From IMG/VR virus record IMGVR_UViG_3300031413_000586: a stretch of DNA of 56,649 nt. One strand, 5' to 3'. The notes under the pieces are model-generated. The model was not told the DNA's origin. It did not search any database and saw only the letters and a program-made list of their open reading frames with translations. Below are positions 1 to 9,849 of this stretch, piece after piece. The stretch's first letter is position 1. Every line of letters starts with the position of its first letter. The DNA comes from an uncultured virus (IMG/VR IMGVR_UViG_3300031413_000586). Lineage: Duplodnaviria > Heunggongvirae > Uroviricota > Caudoviricetes. A program made the translations under genes and the position numbers.

Positions 1-290
1 TCCCAATCTTCATGTAGGTTATATTTTGTAATAATGTACATCGCATTACTTATCAATTCTCTATCACTAATATAAGTTCCAACAATACCATCCCCTTTTC
101 GCCAGTTTTGACGAGGTAAAAATATGTTTGAATAATCTGTGACTCCCTTTTGAAAAGCCTCGTCAGCACCCCAAGAACCGCCACTTCTTAATGTCCAACC
201 TTGCATTTCTAGATAATAGGCAAGTTCTGTCATGATATTTAAATATTTTTCTGGTGTTTCTCTTGAACCCACACCTGTATAGAACTTCAT
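1..290 (-). CDS. SLOG-superfamily (DprA/YspA-like) protein, runs off the window edge
   Basis: Not in ORF track. Manual translation from ATG 290: MKFYTGVGSRETPEKYLNIMTELAYYLEMQGWTLRSGGSWGADEAFQKG; GxGSR and SGGxxGAD are SLOG motifs. Confidence 0.8.
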   Translation of the reverse strand, partial: MKFYTGVGSRETPEKYLNIMTELAYYLEMQGWTLRSGGSWGADEAFQKGVTDYSNIFLPRQNWRKGDGIVGTYISDRELISNAMYIITKYNLHEDW

Positions 291-378
291 AGGTATAAAA
301 ATGTTTATATTTATACTATACCATATTAAATGAAAAAACCGCAATGAAATGCGGTTTTATATCATGAATTACCTTATT

Positions 379-891
379 TTATTGATAGGCATGTTTTTCT
401 TTGATATAATAATCTCTCTGCAACAGATAAATGTTTTTACCATTTGTTTCTATTTTTACTTGGTTTTTATCTTTGTTTGCTGTAATATTGACAGTCTGCT
501 TGTCTTTTTCAACATTATTAGTTCTACCCAATTTCAATGCACCTTCCCCATCTGTGAATAGCACTTTATCACCATCCAGTATGCCTTCACCAAAAATATC
601 TTTAGCAACAGCAAGCTGACGATGAAAATCACGTTCAGTCGGTTTCTTTTCTTTAGGAGTATAATCTATTTCAAAAATCTCTTTCAAATCCAATGGTTCT
701 GGAAACATATAAATTGCTTGGGACGGATTTTTAATAATAGAAGATTTTCCAGCAAGGGATTCTACTTTGACAAAACCATCTTTATTGAAAGCTTTAATAA
801 CGCCCTTAAATATTTCACCTGTTTCAGTAAGATAGATAGACTCTTTATCTTTTTCCAAAATCTTACCAACTATATCAACTATGTCATTCAT
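379..891 (-). CDS. hypothetical protein with N-terminal small beta domain, paralog of 990..1226
   Basis: 170 aa ORF with GGAG SD; N-terminus aligns with the 78 aa neighbour. Confidence 0.75.
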   Translation of the reverse strand: MNDIVDIVGKILEKDKESIYLTETGEIFKGVIKAFNKDGFVKVESLAGKSSIIKNPSQAIYMFPEPLDLKEIFEIDYTPKEKKPTERDFHRQLAVAKDIFGEGILDGDKVLFTDGEGALKLGRTNNVEKDKQTVNITANKDKNQVKIETNGKNIYLLQRDYYIKEKHAYQ

Positions 892-961
892 ATTTCTCTC
901 CAGTTTTTTTAAATTGTATAATGTTCAACAGTATTGTCAATCAAGAGATTCTGAACTTAAC

Positions 962-982
962 AAAAAACCCGCCTAAGCGGGT
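962..982 (-). terminator. rho-independent terminator
   Basis: CCCGC-ctaa-GCGGG stem with U-run on minus strand just after 990..1226. Confidence 0.75.
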
Positions 983-989
983 CAATCTA

Positions 990-1226
990 TCATGCAGAAC
1001 GTTTCTTAACTCTTTTGTAATACTCTTTAGCTACCAATAATACTTGTTTGTTACAATCTTTAATAGTAAGCTCTCTTTTATTGCCTATTCCAATAACTTT
1101 CAAAAAACCTTCTTCTGTAAGTTCCAATACTCTACCTATTTGTAAAGTGCCGTGAGTGGTAGCATAAATAATTTTATCATCTTTATCTACAACTTTACCT
1201 TTAATGTCTTTAATATCTATATTCAT
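990..1226 (-). CDS. hypothetical small beta-barrel (SH3/KOW-like) protein
   Basis: 78 aa ORF, GAGG SD, followed by terminator. Confidence 0.7.
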   Translation of the reverse strand: MNIDIKDIKGKVVDKDDKIIYATTHGTLQIGRVLELTEEGFLKVIGIGNKRELTIKDCNKQVLLVAKEYYKRVKKRSA

Positions 1227-1320
1227 AACATATACCTCTATCTGTTAATTGTCTAAATATTAACATAGAATAATGTTTTTGTCAATAAAGAACAGATTGA
1301 TTGCCTTACCAATCGTCTAT

Positions 1321-2220
1321 TTAAACATTTTTATCTACAAACATACCACAAGAGGCTTTAACGTCAAAACCAACTTTTGGCACTATACGGTAGTTGTCAG
1401 GTTTAAGCAGACCAGCAAGGATTTCAGTGTTTCTATTGATCGTTTCGATATCAGACTCTTCTCCATATTTAGGTGAATAAGGGTTGTACCTAACGATATT
1501 AAAATTAACTTTTAGATCAATATCATTAATGGCATTTGCAATATTAACAACATCTTCTTCGCTATCGTTTTCTCCTTTGATAAAGGCAAAGTGTATTTTA
1601 GGAATTTTTCCATTATATTCTTGCCATTGTTTCAATAATTCCAGACTTCTTTGATAAGGAAGTGCCCTCGCCAACCATCTTTTTCTAAATTTTTCATTGG
1701 TGCTGTAAATCGAATAGTATATATCAGGTGTTGTTCTTGGAAATATACTCACTAATGTTTTATTACCGAGATCTTGTGGCATTATAGTAGAGATAAGGTG
1801 TTTGGCTTGAAGATTTCTGTTACTTGCTAATCGTTCAAGTTCTCTAAATAAAGTTTCATTATCATTTAAAATAACAGGATTGTTCAAAGCTTCTCCACGA
1901 GCCATAAAGTTATAATGTATTATTTGGGCTTTTTCAGGCAATTGATCGTAATGGCTATAAACAAGCTCTGCTTGTTTTAGAAAATCTTCTAAAGTAGCAT
2001 TTTCTAATTTGTTTTGTCCTGTTGTCGTGAGATGACAGAAACGACAAGCTTGATCACAACCAGATTGAGAAGAAAGATACAGAATGAAATAATTGTCAGT
2101 ACGATCAGGATCAAAGTCGCGACATACATATCTTGCTTCAAATTTACCTACATGGGCAGAAGGATAAATAAAATTGACTGATTTGTCTATTTGACTTGCT
2201 ATTCTGATTATTTTGCTCAT
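1321..2220 (-). CDS. RlmN/Cfr-like radical SAM protein (divergent)
   Basis: SSQSGCDQACRFC (CxxxCxxC in RlmN SSQxGC context), MARGEAL (cf. MGMGEPL), C-terminal ASCG (cf. AACG). Confidence 0.85.
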   Translation of the reverse strand: MSKIIRIASQIDKSVNFIYPSAHVGKFEARYVCRDFDPDRTDNYFILYLSSQSGCDQACRFCHLTTTGQNKLENATLEDFLKQAELVYSHYDQLPEKAQIIHYNFMARGEALNNPVILNDNETLFRELERLASNRNLQAKHLISTIMPQDLGNKTLVSIFPRTTPDIYYSIYSTNEKFRKRWLARALPYQRSLELLKQWQEYNGKIPKIHFAFIKGENDSEEDVVNIANAINDIDLKVNFNIVRYNPYSPKYGEESDIETINRNTEILAGLLKPDNYRIVPKVGFDVKASCGMFVDKNV

Positions 2221-2342
2221 TTTTCATCCTCTTATAGTTGTATACATATCATAGTATCATAAAACAGTCTATTTTTTAATTTTTTATATTTAATAGGCTA
2301 TAATGAATACAAATGATTACAAAAAAAGCTATTTTTATTAGC

Positions 2343-3470
2343 TTAATTTTCATAATCACCTTTGAGTTGTTGATAAAGTTCAGCAATATCAGCCTCAGAA
2401 CTTGCTGTATTTTCAAACTTAACAATTTTACCAAAATGGGAGTCTGTTATGGCTTGCTTTATCATACTTTGTTTGGCACTGTTACTTTTCATGTGTTTTA
2501 TGCGGTTTTCTGCTGTAACAGCATCTATATTTCTAAACTTTTCCAAACGTTCATGGCGAACTGATTTTTCAGCTTCTACAATAATTACATGATTGTTACA
2601 TAGATTCAACAAATTACTTTCCACCAAAATTGCCGAATTGATTAACAATATTCCTTTTTTCCCACGAAGTTCGTGACGCAGCAATACCATTACGGGTGTT
2701 TGAAAAATTTTATTTAAAAAATCAACATGATCTTTGCTATCTTCTGAACCAAATGCAATTTCACCAATTTTCTTACGATCCAGTGTGCCAAAATAAGATT
2801 TTATTTTATCTCTAATTTGTTTATACATAGGCTTGTCAGTTGTAAAGACTTGATGAGCAATTTTATCTAGCTCAATATTATAGATAATAGGATTATCTTC
2901 TGAAAAAGCATTCTGTTCTTTAGAGTAGCGTTCAAGTTGTTCAGCAACATAAGACTTTCCAGATCCCATAACACCTGTTATACCATAAATCAGTTGTGAC
3001 GAAATTTTCTTTTCCAATACTTTTTTCACGGGAAGAGGCACATACTCATGAATTAGTCCATTTTCAGCTTGTAAAGCTTTTACATTGCTAGAACTGACAT
3101 GAGAAAGCTTTGATCGTGAAAACATGAAGAATGTATCTATATTCATCTGTGAACCATTAATTTGATCGAGGGCCTGTTCGTCTACTGCATCAGACGCATT
3201 TCTAATTCCACGAACAATAATTGTAGCTCCTTGTTCATAAGCAAAATCCACAAGAAGCCCTTCAAAAAACATTACCTTTACATTGGGTAAATGGGAAAGT
3301 GATTGCTTGGCTACATCCAGTCTTTCTGTAGGTGTAAGCAGATATCGTTTATTAGGGTTAACACCAAGAGCTACAATGAGGTTATCAAAAGCATTGGCAG
3401 AGCGGTTGATAATATCAATATGACCAAATGTGATAGGGTCACCAGAAAGGGCATAAACAGCAGTAGTCAT
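2343..3470 (-). CDS. coaD: bifunctional phosphopantetheine adenylyltransferase / dephospho-CoA kinase fusion
   Basis: N-term SGDPITFGHIDII...IIVRGIRN...VSSSNVK (CoaD); C-term GITGVMGSGKS P-loop and ELDKIAHQ, LDRKKIG, AILVE (CoaE-like). Confidence 0.9.
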   Translation of the reverse strand: MTTAVYALSGDPITFGHIDIINRSANAFDNLIVALGVNPNKRYLLTPTERLDVAKQSLSHLPNVKVMFFEGLLVDFAYEQGATIIVRGIRNASDAVDEQALDQINGSQMNIDTFFMFSRSKLSHVSSSNVKALQAENGLIHEYVPLPVKKVLEKKISSQLIYGITGVMGSGKSYVAEQLERYSKEQNAFSEDNPIIYNIELDKIAHQVFTTDKPMYKQIRDKIKSYFGTLDRKKIGEIAFGSEDSKDHVDFLNKIFQTPVMVLLRHELRGKKGILLINSAILVESNLLNLCNNHVIIVEAEKSVRHERLEKFRNIDAVTAENRIKHMKSNSAKQSMIKQAITDSHFGKIVKFENTASSEADIAELYQQLKGDYEN

Positions 3471-3529
3471 TTTGTTTCTCCTTAAGGTATTAAAATGCCT
3501 TTAAAGGCATTGTATTCAAACATGTATAA

Positions 3530-3700
3530 TTATTCAGGTTTTGGTTTTCGATGGCTTGTTTTTTTGTGGCCTCGATTGTACTTGGTATCTTCCTCTGCTT
3601 TTAGATTTCTTCCGACTTTTTCTTTTATTTGAAAGTAGTCATCTGCTGCTAAATCTTCTAGATTGGACAAGTCAATTTCTTTCACATCAATTTTGCTCAT
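3530..3700 (-). CDS. small hypothetical protein (56 aa), basic C-terminal tail
   Basis: Manual translation MSKIDVKEIDLSNLEDLAADDYFQIKEKVGRNLKAEEDTKYNRGHKKTSHRKPKPE; GAGGAAGGG SD-like sequence upstream. Confidence 0.65.
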   Translation of the reverse strand: MSKIDVKEIDLSNLEDLAADDYFQIKEKVGRNLKAEEDTKYNRGHKKTSHRKPKPE

Positions 3701-3803
3701 TACCCTTCCTCAGTTATATCTTTTTTTTAATAATGATATTTATCAATATTTATATTATTACCATATTACACTGACATAAAAAATATTTCAAGAGTATTCC
3801 ATT

Positions 3804-4181
3804 TTATTTGAAAATCTTTTTTAATATGTTGGCAAGTCCAAGTCGTCTATTCTGACTCAATGTTAATTTTATCAATTCCAACGTATCTTTATAATTTTCA
3901 AAAACTGGTTTTTTATCATGCTTTATTATAACACAAATAATACCAAGAATGCCACTGATAACTTCTGAGTCTGAATAACCTTTTAATAGGCTACCTTCAT
4001 TTGTTTCTTGTATTGTTATGTATACACTACTCATACATCCCACTATTTTATTGTCAGTTGTACATTCCGATTCATCCAGAACATTCAAATATTTTTTCAA
4101 TGAAATAATATAATCATAGAGTAATTCATCATTGTCTCTATAATTTGTAAGATCTGTTTTAATCTTTTCTTTATCTATCAT
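3804..4181 (-). CDS. sufE: SufE/CsdE-like sulfur acceptor protein
   Basis: IVGCMSSVY conserved Cys motif, GYSDSEVISGIL, LSQNRRLGL. Confidence 0.8.
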   Translation of the reverse strand: MIDKEKIKTDLTNYRDNDELLYDYIISLKKYLNVLDESECTTDNKIVGCMSSVYITIQETNEGSLLKGYSDSEVISGILGIICVIIKHDKKPVFENYKDTLELIKLTLSQNRRLGLANILKKIFK

Positions 4182-4257
4182 AAGACAACCCTATTTTATC
4201 AAATTACTGTCTTTATTTTGTTTCAATTATTATATATTAAATATTAAATAAATCAAA

Positions 4258-5415
4258 TTAGAACATTTTTGAAAAAACTTTCTTGATTATAGGAGCAAAC
4301 ATGATTTTGGCTTCTTTAACTTCTTCAGATTTAACAAATGGAACGTCACGTCTTATAGTGAGTTCTGAAATTTCTGTCATGCTCATAGTTGAGATATCCA
4401 AATTATCGTGTCTAATGCGATGATGTATCTTTTTAACAATATCAAGACGTTCATCAGCAGCAAGGTCTTTCTTGTTGAGCATATTGAAAACCGGTAACAT
4501 TTTTTGAACTTCGCTGGCACTTAATACATGAGAGGTCTTTTGAATCATAACATCAACGTTATCAGCAAGGTATTTTGAGCCTTCACTATTATAGGGACTC
4601 ATTTCCATAAGTTGATTTCTATTTTCAAGCTCTCTTTTGACATTATCAAATAACCTGACACCTAGTTTTTGTCCACGAAATGAATGAGCTACTGAAATAT
4701 ATGACATATAGTTAAGATCCGTCTTTTCAGATTTTGTGATACCTGCAATTCCACATATTTCATAATTATTATGAGCAACAATAACAAATTGTTCTTTTTC
4801 TTTAACAGATTGTCCAAAAAGCTGTATATCATATTGCTTCATTGAATTTTTTAATTGTTCCATTTTTAAATCATCGTTGGCCAATGACTCGTCAACATAC
4901 GCCAATTTTTGAAATTTTAATATATCCTGATAATTCGAATTTTCATCGGGTGTTACCACAGTATAATTAACGGAATGACGTTCCTTCAAGTGGAGTGATT
5001 GTTTTATAGGGTTTGATTCAAAAATAATTTTATAAAAATCGTCTTTATCTTTTAATACATTGATGATGTCATTATAAAGGTAGGATATTTTAATACTTTG
5101 CATTGCCAAACCTTTACCCGATGTGATTTGACCTAACTCATCAAAGAAAATACCCGCATTTCTATAGGTGCTGCTGCCAAGGTATTTGTCATCGGTAGGC
5201 ATCCTAAGATAATAAATTTGGTCGTTATCGTTCTTTTCTTTTACCAGTTGGGTTCTATAGAGTCTTTCAAAATAGTAGGAATTTAATATTTTATGAAGTA
5301 CAGCATTAAGTTCAAAACTATACAATGCTTTTTCTTCTATACTGAGATCTTTAATGGGTTTTACAAAATTTTCAAATGTATCAAGTATATCTTTTTCAAA
5401 CTTTCCAAAATTCAT
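4258..5415 (-). CDS. GNAT-family acetyltransferase domain protein, paralog of 34997..36262
   Basis: ISVAHSFRGQKLGVRLF acetyl-CoA motif A; LHKILNSYYFERLY matches paralog LHTIINSYYFENLY. Confidence 0.75.
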   Translation of the reverse strand: MNFGKFEKDILDTFENFVKPIKDLSIEEKALYSFELNAVLHKILNSYYFERLYRTQLVKEKNDNDQIYYLRMPTDDKYLGSSTYRNAGIFFDELGQITSGKGLAMQSIKISYLYNDIINVLKDKDDFYKIIFESNPIKQSLHLKERHSVNYTVVTPDENSNYQDILKFQKLAYVDESLANDDLKMEQLKNSMKQYDIQLFGQSVKEKEQFVIVAHNNYEICGIAGITKSEKTDLNYMSYISVAHSFRGQKLGVRLFDNVKRELENRNQLMEMSPYNSEGSKYLADNVDVMIQKTSHVLSASEVQKMLPVFNMLNKKDLAADERLDIVKKIHHRIRHDNLDISTMSMTEISELTIRRDVPFVKSEEVKEAKIMFAPIIKKVFSKMF

Positions 5416-5781
5416 AGCTATTATTTTTGTTTATATGATATCATTGTACCATAATATTTTAGTATTGGTAATAAAAAATCTATAATTTTATGATTTTATT
5501 TTGTTTATATATATTATATTATAAAAAAATATGATATTTTTTGAAATATTCAATTAATCTCATTGTTATAGTATTTCTCTCTTTTTCTTTTATCTTTAGG
5601 CAAATCAGCATTTTTTATTGTCTGTGGCATGAATGCTGCAAAAAGTGTTTCTACAAAACTGGAAACGATGCTTTTTTCTTTTTCTGGTGTTCTCATTTTG
5701 ATATCCATTATTAATATTTTAATACTTGGATAATATCATTGTTAAAAAATACTGTCAAGGCATTGAATAATCATTTTAAAG

Positions 5782-6360
5782 TCAATGATTATAGAATTCG
5801 TTGAAAGTACTGTAGACCTGTGCATCACACTCGCTGACAACATTTTTTTTATCAGTAGACACAGGTGTTATGATCTGATAGACAAGTTGACCATTTTGGC
5901 TGTTATAAATTTCTTCATATTCAAAACCATTTAAATGATATATATCCCATACATAGTCAGAGTTTAAGGATTGTATGTTTTCTTGTGTAAACCGTTTGAT
6001 TGAATAGGCATCATGATCATCCACTACTATACCTGAAAATTGCTTTTTTTGATTGTCATCCGTTTGATATTTAACCACATCAAATCGAGGATCTTTACAC
6101 ATAAATAGTTTGCATGTTTTACATGGATAGCTATTGCAATTGTCAATGTCTTTTATTTTACTTTGCAGGTAAATTGATTTCTTTTTATTATTTTTGAATA
6201 TATTGATTTCTTGTTCATTATACTTTAAAAGTTTAACATAGCTACTTTCACATTTTAACAAAGTCATTTTACCTTGTTTATCAGTAAAGGATATACATCC
6301 GCCTATAATGACAGACATCATGACTAGTAGAAGATGTTTATTGATTATATTATTTTTCAT
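5782..6360 (-). CDS. putative lipoprotein
   Basis: Basic N-terminus, hydrophobic stretch, IGGC lipobox-like. Confidence 0.55.
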   Translation of the reverse strand: MKNNIINKHLLLVMMSVIIGGCISFTDKQGKMTLLKCESSYVKLLKYNEQEINIFKNNKKKSIYLQSKIKDIDNCNSYPCKTCKLFMCKDPRFDVVKYQTDDNQKKQFSGIVVDDHDAYSIKRFTQENIQSLNSDYVWDIYHLNGFEYEEIYNSQNGQLVYQIITPVSTDKKNVVSECDAQVYSTFNEFYNH

Positions 6361-6443
6361 GGTTTTTACTATTATTTTCTATTTATATCATACTTTTTAA
6401 ATATCTATTTACAATATAAAAAAGAAAATAACTAATATGTTTA

Positions 6444-6734
6444 TTAAGAATAGTTGTAATAGTCTTCGTATCTTATCCAAATCCATCCTTTTTCATAAGT
6501 TTTATTGTGTATTATATTATACATTTTGGGAACAATTCTTTTTATATCTTCCATGTGTTTTTCAGGTACGTTAGGCAGTTCATGGAATTCTGCACCTAAT
6601 AAAAAATAAGGATCTATACCATTGGTTAAGCATTCTGATAATACTGTTTCTTTTTCTTTGGATGAAGATAATATATAATATGACCTTAATCCTTCGCCTG
6701 TTGCATAATATTCTATTTTAACAAAATATGCCAT
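6444..6734 (-). CDS. hypothetical protein
   Basis: 96 aa ORF with AGGAGG SD. Confidence 0.7.
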   Translation of the reverse strand: MAYFVKIEYYATGEGLRSYYILSSSKEKETVLSECLTNGIDPYFLLGAEFHELPNVPEKHMEDIKRIVPKMYNIIHNKTYEKGWIWIRYEDYYNYS

Positions 6735-6787
6735 AAAACCTCCTATTCTTGACTAATTATAGTAATTCATACCTATTCATATGTCAA

Positions 6788-6816
6788 TTGACAACAAGTT
6801 TCTATTATTGTATTAT
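6788..6816 (+). promoter_or_regulatory. sigma70-like promoter
   Basis: TTGACA-17 nt-TATTAT upstream of the Sir2 gene. Confidence 0.65.
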
Positions 6817-6840
6817 GAGTCTCACTAATTTGAGGATGCT

Positions 6841-7653
6841 ATGTTAAAGAAAATTTTAGACATTAAGAATAAATTTGATAAAAAGCAATCTACAACTGTT
6901 TTACCAGAAAATTTTAAACCTAAAATTACTATATTTACGGGAGCAGGCATTTCCCGTGAGAGTGGTCTTGAAACATTTAGAGACAGTGATGGGCTTTGGA
7001 ATAACTATTCTATTGCAGAAGTAGCAACCGCTTCTGCCATAAAAAATAATTTTGAGAAAGCAAATGATTTTTACAATGCTAGAAGAAGAGAGGTGATTAA
7101 TGCTCAGCCTAATATGGCTCATAGACTTATCAAGCAACTGGAAGAATATTTTAATGTCGTTGTGATCACTCAAAATGTTGATAATCTGCATGAAAAAGCA
7201 GGTAGCCAGAAAGTACTCCATTTGCATGGTGAAATCATGAAATCACGACCTATTGCAAATACTAAAATTACATATGATCAACATAAAGATATTCAAATTG
7301 GTGATAGATGTCAGGTCAGTAATTCTCAGCTAAGACCTTTTATAGTATTGTTTGATGAGCTTTTGGATAAAGACATTTATTATGAATCAAGAAAACATAT
7401 TAGAGAATCTGATATTTTAATTGTGATTGGCAGTAGTTTAACAGTAGAACCGGCAGCATCACTTATAGCAGAAGGTTTTTCTTTAAGAGATTTCTATTTA
7501 ATTGATCCAAAAGAAGTAGAAATGAAATATAGGGCGAACTACAATCACATAAAACAAATCGCCAGTGCTGGATTGGAACAACTAACACCCGATTTGATAA
7601 ATCAATCAATCCAGTTAAAAAAACTTTTTGAAAAAGAAAAAGGAGCTTTATAG
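6841..7653 (+). CDS. cobB: Sir2/CobB NAD-dependent deacylase
   Basis: FTGAGISRESGLETFR, QPNMAH, ITQNVDNLHEKAG, HLHGE, LRPFIVLFDE, IGSSLTVEPAASL. Confidence 0.92.
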   Translation: MLKKILDIKNKFDKKQSTTVLPENFKPKITIFTGAGISRESGLETFRDSDGLWNNYSIAEVATASAIKNNFEKANDFYNARRREVINAQPNMAHRLIKQLEEYFNVVVITQNVDNLHEKAGSQKVLHLHGEIMKSRPIANTKITYDQHKDIQIGDRCQVSNSQLRPFIVLFDELLDKDIYYESRKHIRESDILIVIGSSLTVEPAASLIAEGFSLRDFYLIDPKEVEMKYRANYNHIKQIASAGLEQLTPDLINQSIQLKKLFEKEKGAL

Positions 7654-7657
7654 CTCC

Positions 7658-8542
7658 TTATGATTTGAAGATGGTGTTAACGTTTTTTAGTCCAGCATTC
7701 ATCAACATGTTTAGTTCAATATCTAAACGTTCATACCTCTGTTTTGCGTCATTGTAGTCATCACTCAATTTATCAATTTCATTTTTTATGACTTTGTAAG
7801 CAGTATGTAAAATGGCCAATGTATTATTTATTTCATTAATATTATGGGATATCGACATTCTATGAAAAGATTTTGATAGGACGATATTTTCACTTTTGTC
7901 CTCTTGTATAATTAATATCAAATTATCCCAGCCATCAAGACGTATATCAGCAGAAATATTGCTAATTTGTTCTTTTCCGTGAATGATATTTTTTTTGAAT
8001 CTACTAACAAAAGTGATAGATTTGCCAAATACCTCTAAAAATTCAGACAATAAAGCATTATATAGTTTTGGATTTATATTAATTGAATGACGAATTTTAT
8101 TTAAATCGTTAAAATTTTTTATACTATTTTCAAACCAATCAATACTTGATTTTCCTATTTTTAAAGATTCATCCATTATATCGCGAACTTTTTCTATATT
8201 TTTAAATGCTGATTTAGTATTTTTATATTGATGACTAAATTCAATATGTTCATCCAGTACATAGCTTTTGTATAATTCAAAGAACTCTTTCTTTTTATTG
8301 TCATACTGGGATTGCTTTTCTTTCATGTTGAATGTGATTTCTTGTATTATTTCAATAAGTTCATTAATTTCATTCGTTTCTTTTTTTTCAAATATTTTTT
8401 TTAAAAAAAACATTTTATTATAGTTTATTTTTTTATAATGAAGTATTTTTTCGTATTCAAAAACCTTGGTTTGAAGATCGGCCAATACATGTTCAGACTC
8501 ATCAGAAAATGATCTAAAATTTATGATATGTTGTTCAATCAT
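7658..8542 (-). CDS. hypothetical helical/coiled-coil protein
   Basis: Long ORF; start moved to ATG 8542 after GGAGG. Confidence 0.65.
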   Translation of the reverse strand: MIEQHIINFRSFSDESEHVLADLQTKVFEYEKILHYKKINYNKMFFLKKIFEKKETNEINELIEIIQEITFNMKEKQSQYDNKKKEFFELYKSYVLDEHIEFSHQYKNTKSAFKNIEKVRDIMDESLKIGKSSIDWFENSIKNFNDLNKIRHSININPKLYNALLSEFLEVFGKSITFVSRFKKNIIHGKEQISNISADIRLDGWDNLILIIQEDKSENIVLSKSFHRMSISHNINEINNTLAILHTAYKVIKNEIDKLSDDYNDAKQRYERLDIELNMLMNAGLKNVNTIFKS

Positions 8543-8685
8543 GTAGATTTCCTCCAGATAGGCAATTATAATATATTTTAAGACAATAATCAATCGATTT
8601 ACATAGCATTTTTTATCAATTCTTTCAAGGACTCTTGCATTATTTTTATTGTATGGTAATTTATTATCAAAACTACGAATTACTT

Positions 8686-9729
8686 ATGAAAAATATATCA
8701 TTAACAGCATTAGCGATTTTAAGTCTTAGCACAGCACAAGCAGATTATAAAGTGGTCGTACCTCTTGAGATTTCCAATAGCGGAGTACTTGAAAACGGTT
8801 CAATCAAGTTTTCTGATAGTCAAAACGAAAGTTGGTCAAAAATAACACCATTGACTAGTGATTGGTCAAATACAGGTAAACCATCTAATTGTACAAACTG
8901 GAGTCCTGAACCATCCACTGTAAATATTGATGAATCTTTCACACAAACAGCTACTGATTGTGAACAAGAACAGACTAGAACAGTACAAGAACGTGAGCAA
9001 GAAACGACATCACTTGCAATTAGAAATGTTGGTTCTCCTACGTCAGAATATCGAACAACAGTGGGTACGGATACAAGAGATAGTAAAGGCACGATGGAAG
9101 GATGGGAAGCATTTGCTGATGCTAGAAAACTTAGTAAGCAATGGAATGATCTTCCATGGTATACCAGTGACTTGACAGAAATACCATATGTACCCTATCC
9201 TCAAACAACTGCAGACTATATCTATTTAAGTGGTAATCAGCTAGCAAACGTAAATGGATTTAAAAATCTAACCAGCGTAAACTATCTTTATCTCAATGAC
9301 AACCAACTTACCAATATAGATGGATTAAGAAACCTAACAAGTGTCAATACGCTTTATCTATATCAAAATAAATTGAGCAACGTCGATGCATTAATCAATT
9401 TAACAAGTGTGCAAACCCTTAATATCGGTGAAAATCAATTAACAAACGTTAATGGACTAAGAAACCTAACAAGTGTAGGACAACTTTCTCTAAATGACAA
9501 TCAATTGACAAATTTAGATGGATTAAGTAATCTAACAAGCGTTAACAATCTCTACTTGAATGAAAATAAATTGACAAATCTAGATGGATTAAGAAATATT
9601 CAACTTGGTCAAAATATCTGGCTTTCTGGCAGCTATTCAGGTCCAAAACTAGCTGCTTCAACTAGATTTTGTACACTCAATGATGAATCAAAGTTTGATT
9701 TTATGAAAAAGTCTCAAATTTGCGAATGA
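8686..9729 (+). CDS. secreted leucine-rich repeat protein (internalin-like 22-aa LRRs)
   Basis: Signal peptide MKNISLTALAILSLSTAQA; Trp/Cys/Thr-rich module; six LxLxxNxLTNxxGLxNLTSV repeats. Confidence 0.85.
   Translation: MKNISLTALAILSLSTAQADYKVVVPLEISNSGVLENGSIKFSDSQNESWSKITPLTSDWSNTGKPSNCTNWSPEPSTVNIDESFTQTATDCEQEQTRTVQEREQETTSLAIRNVGSPTSEYRTTVGTDTRDSKGTMEGWEAFADARKLSKQWNDLPWYTSDLTEIPYVPYPQTTADYIYLSGNQLANVNGFKNLTSVNYLYLNDNQLTNIDGLRNLTSVNTLYLYQNKLSNVDALINLTSVQTLNIGENQLTNVNGLRNLTSVGQLSLNDNQLTNLDGLSNLTSVNNLYLNENKLTNLDGLRNIQLGQNIWLSGSYSGPKLAASTRFCTLNDESKFDFMKKSQICE
9223..9618 (+). repeat. six degenerate 66-bp tandem coding repeats (LRR)
   Basis: Recurring aacctaacaagtgt / ttgacaaat..agatggattaa units at 66-nt period. 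Confidence 0.8.
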
Positions 9730-9849
9730 GTCAATTTAACTGAAAGATTCATATTTCTTGCAATATAAATAAAAGTTAAAGCCATTAATATTCCGTTTAT
9801 TATGGCTTTGACTTTTTTTCATTATATTATATGATTTATATAATTAACT

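Noticed and set aside
5550..5696. 48 aa minus-strand ORF MRTPEKEK...
   Set aside because: Plausible small gene, but weak SD and no motif.
9223..9618. CRISPR-like array
   Set aside because: 66-nt periodicity is in-frame LRR coding repeat with no repeat-spacer structure; no cas genes or CRISPR array seen anywhere in the window.
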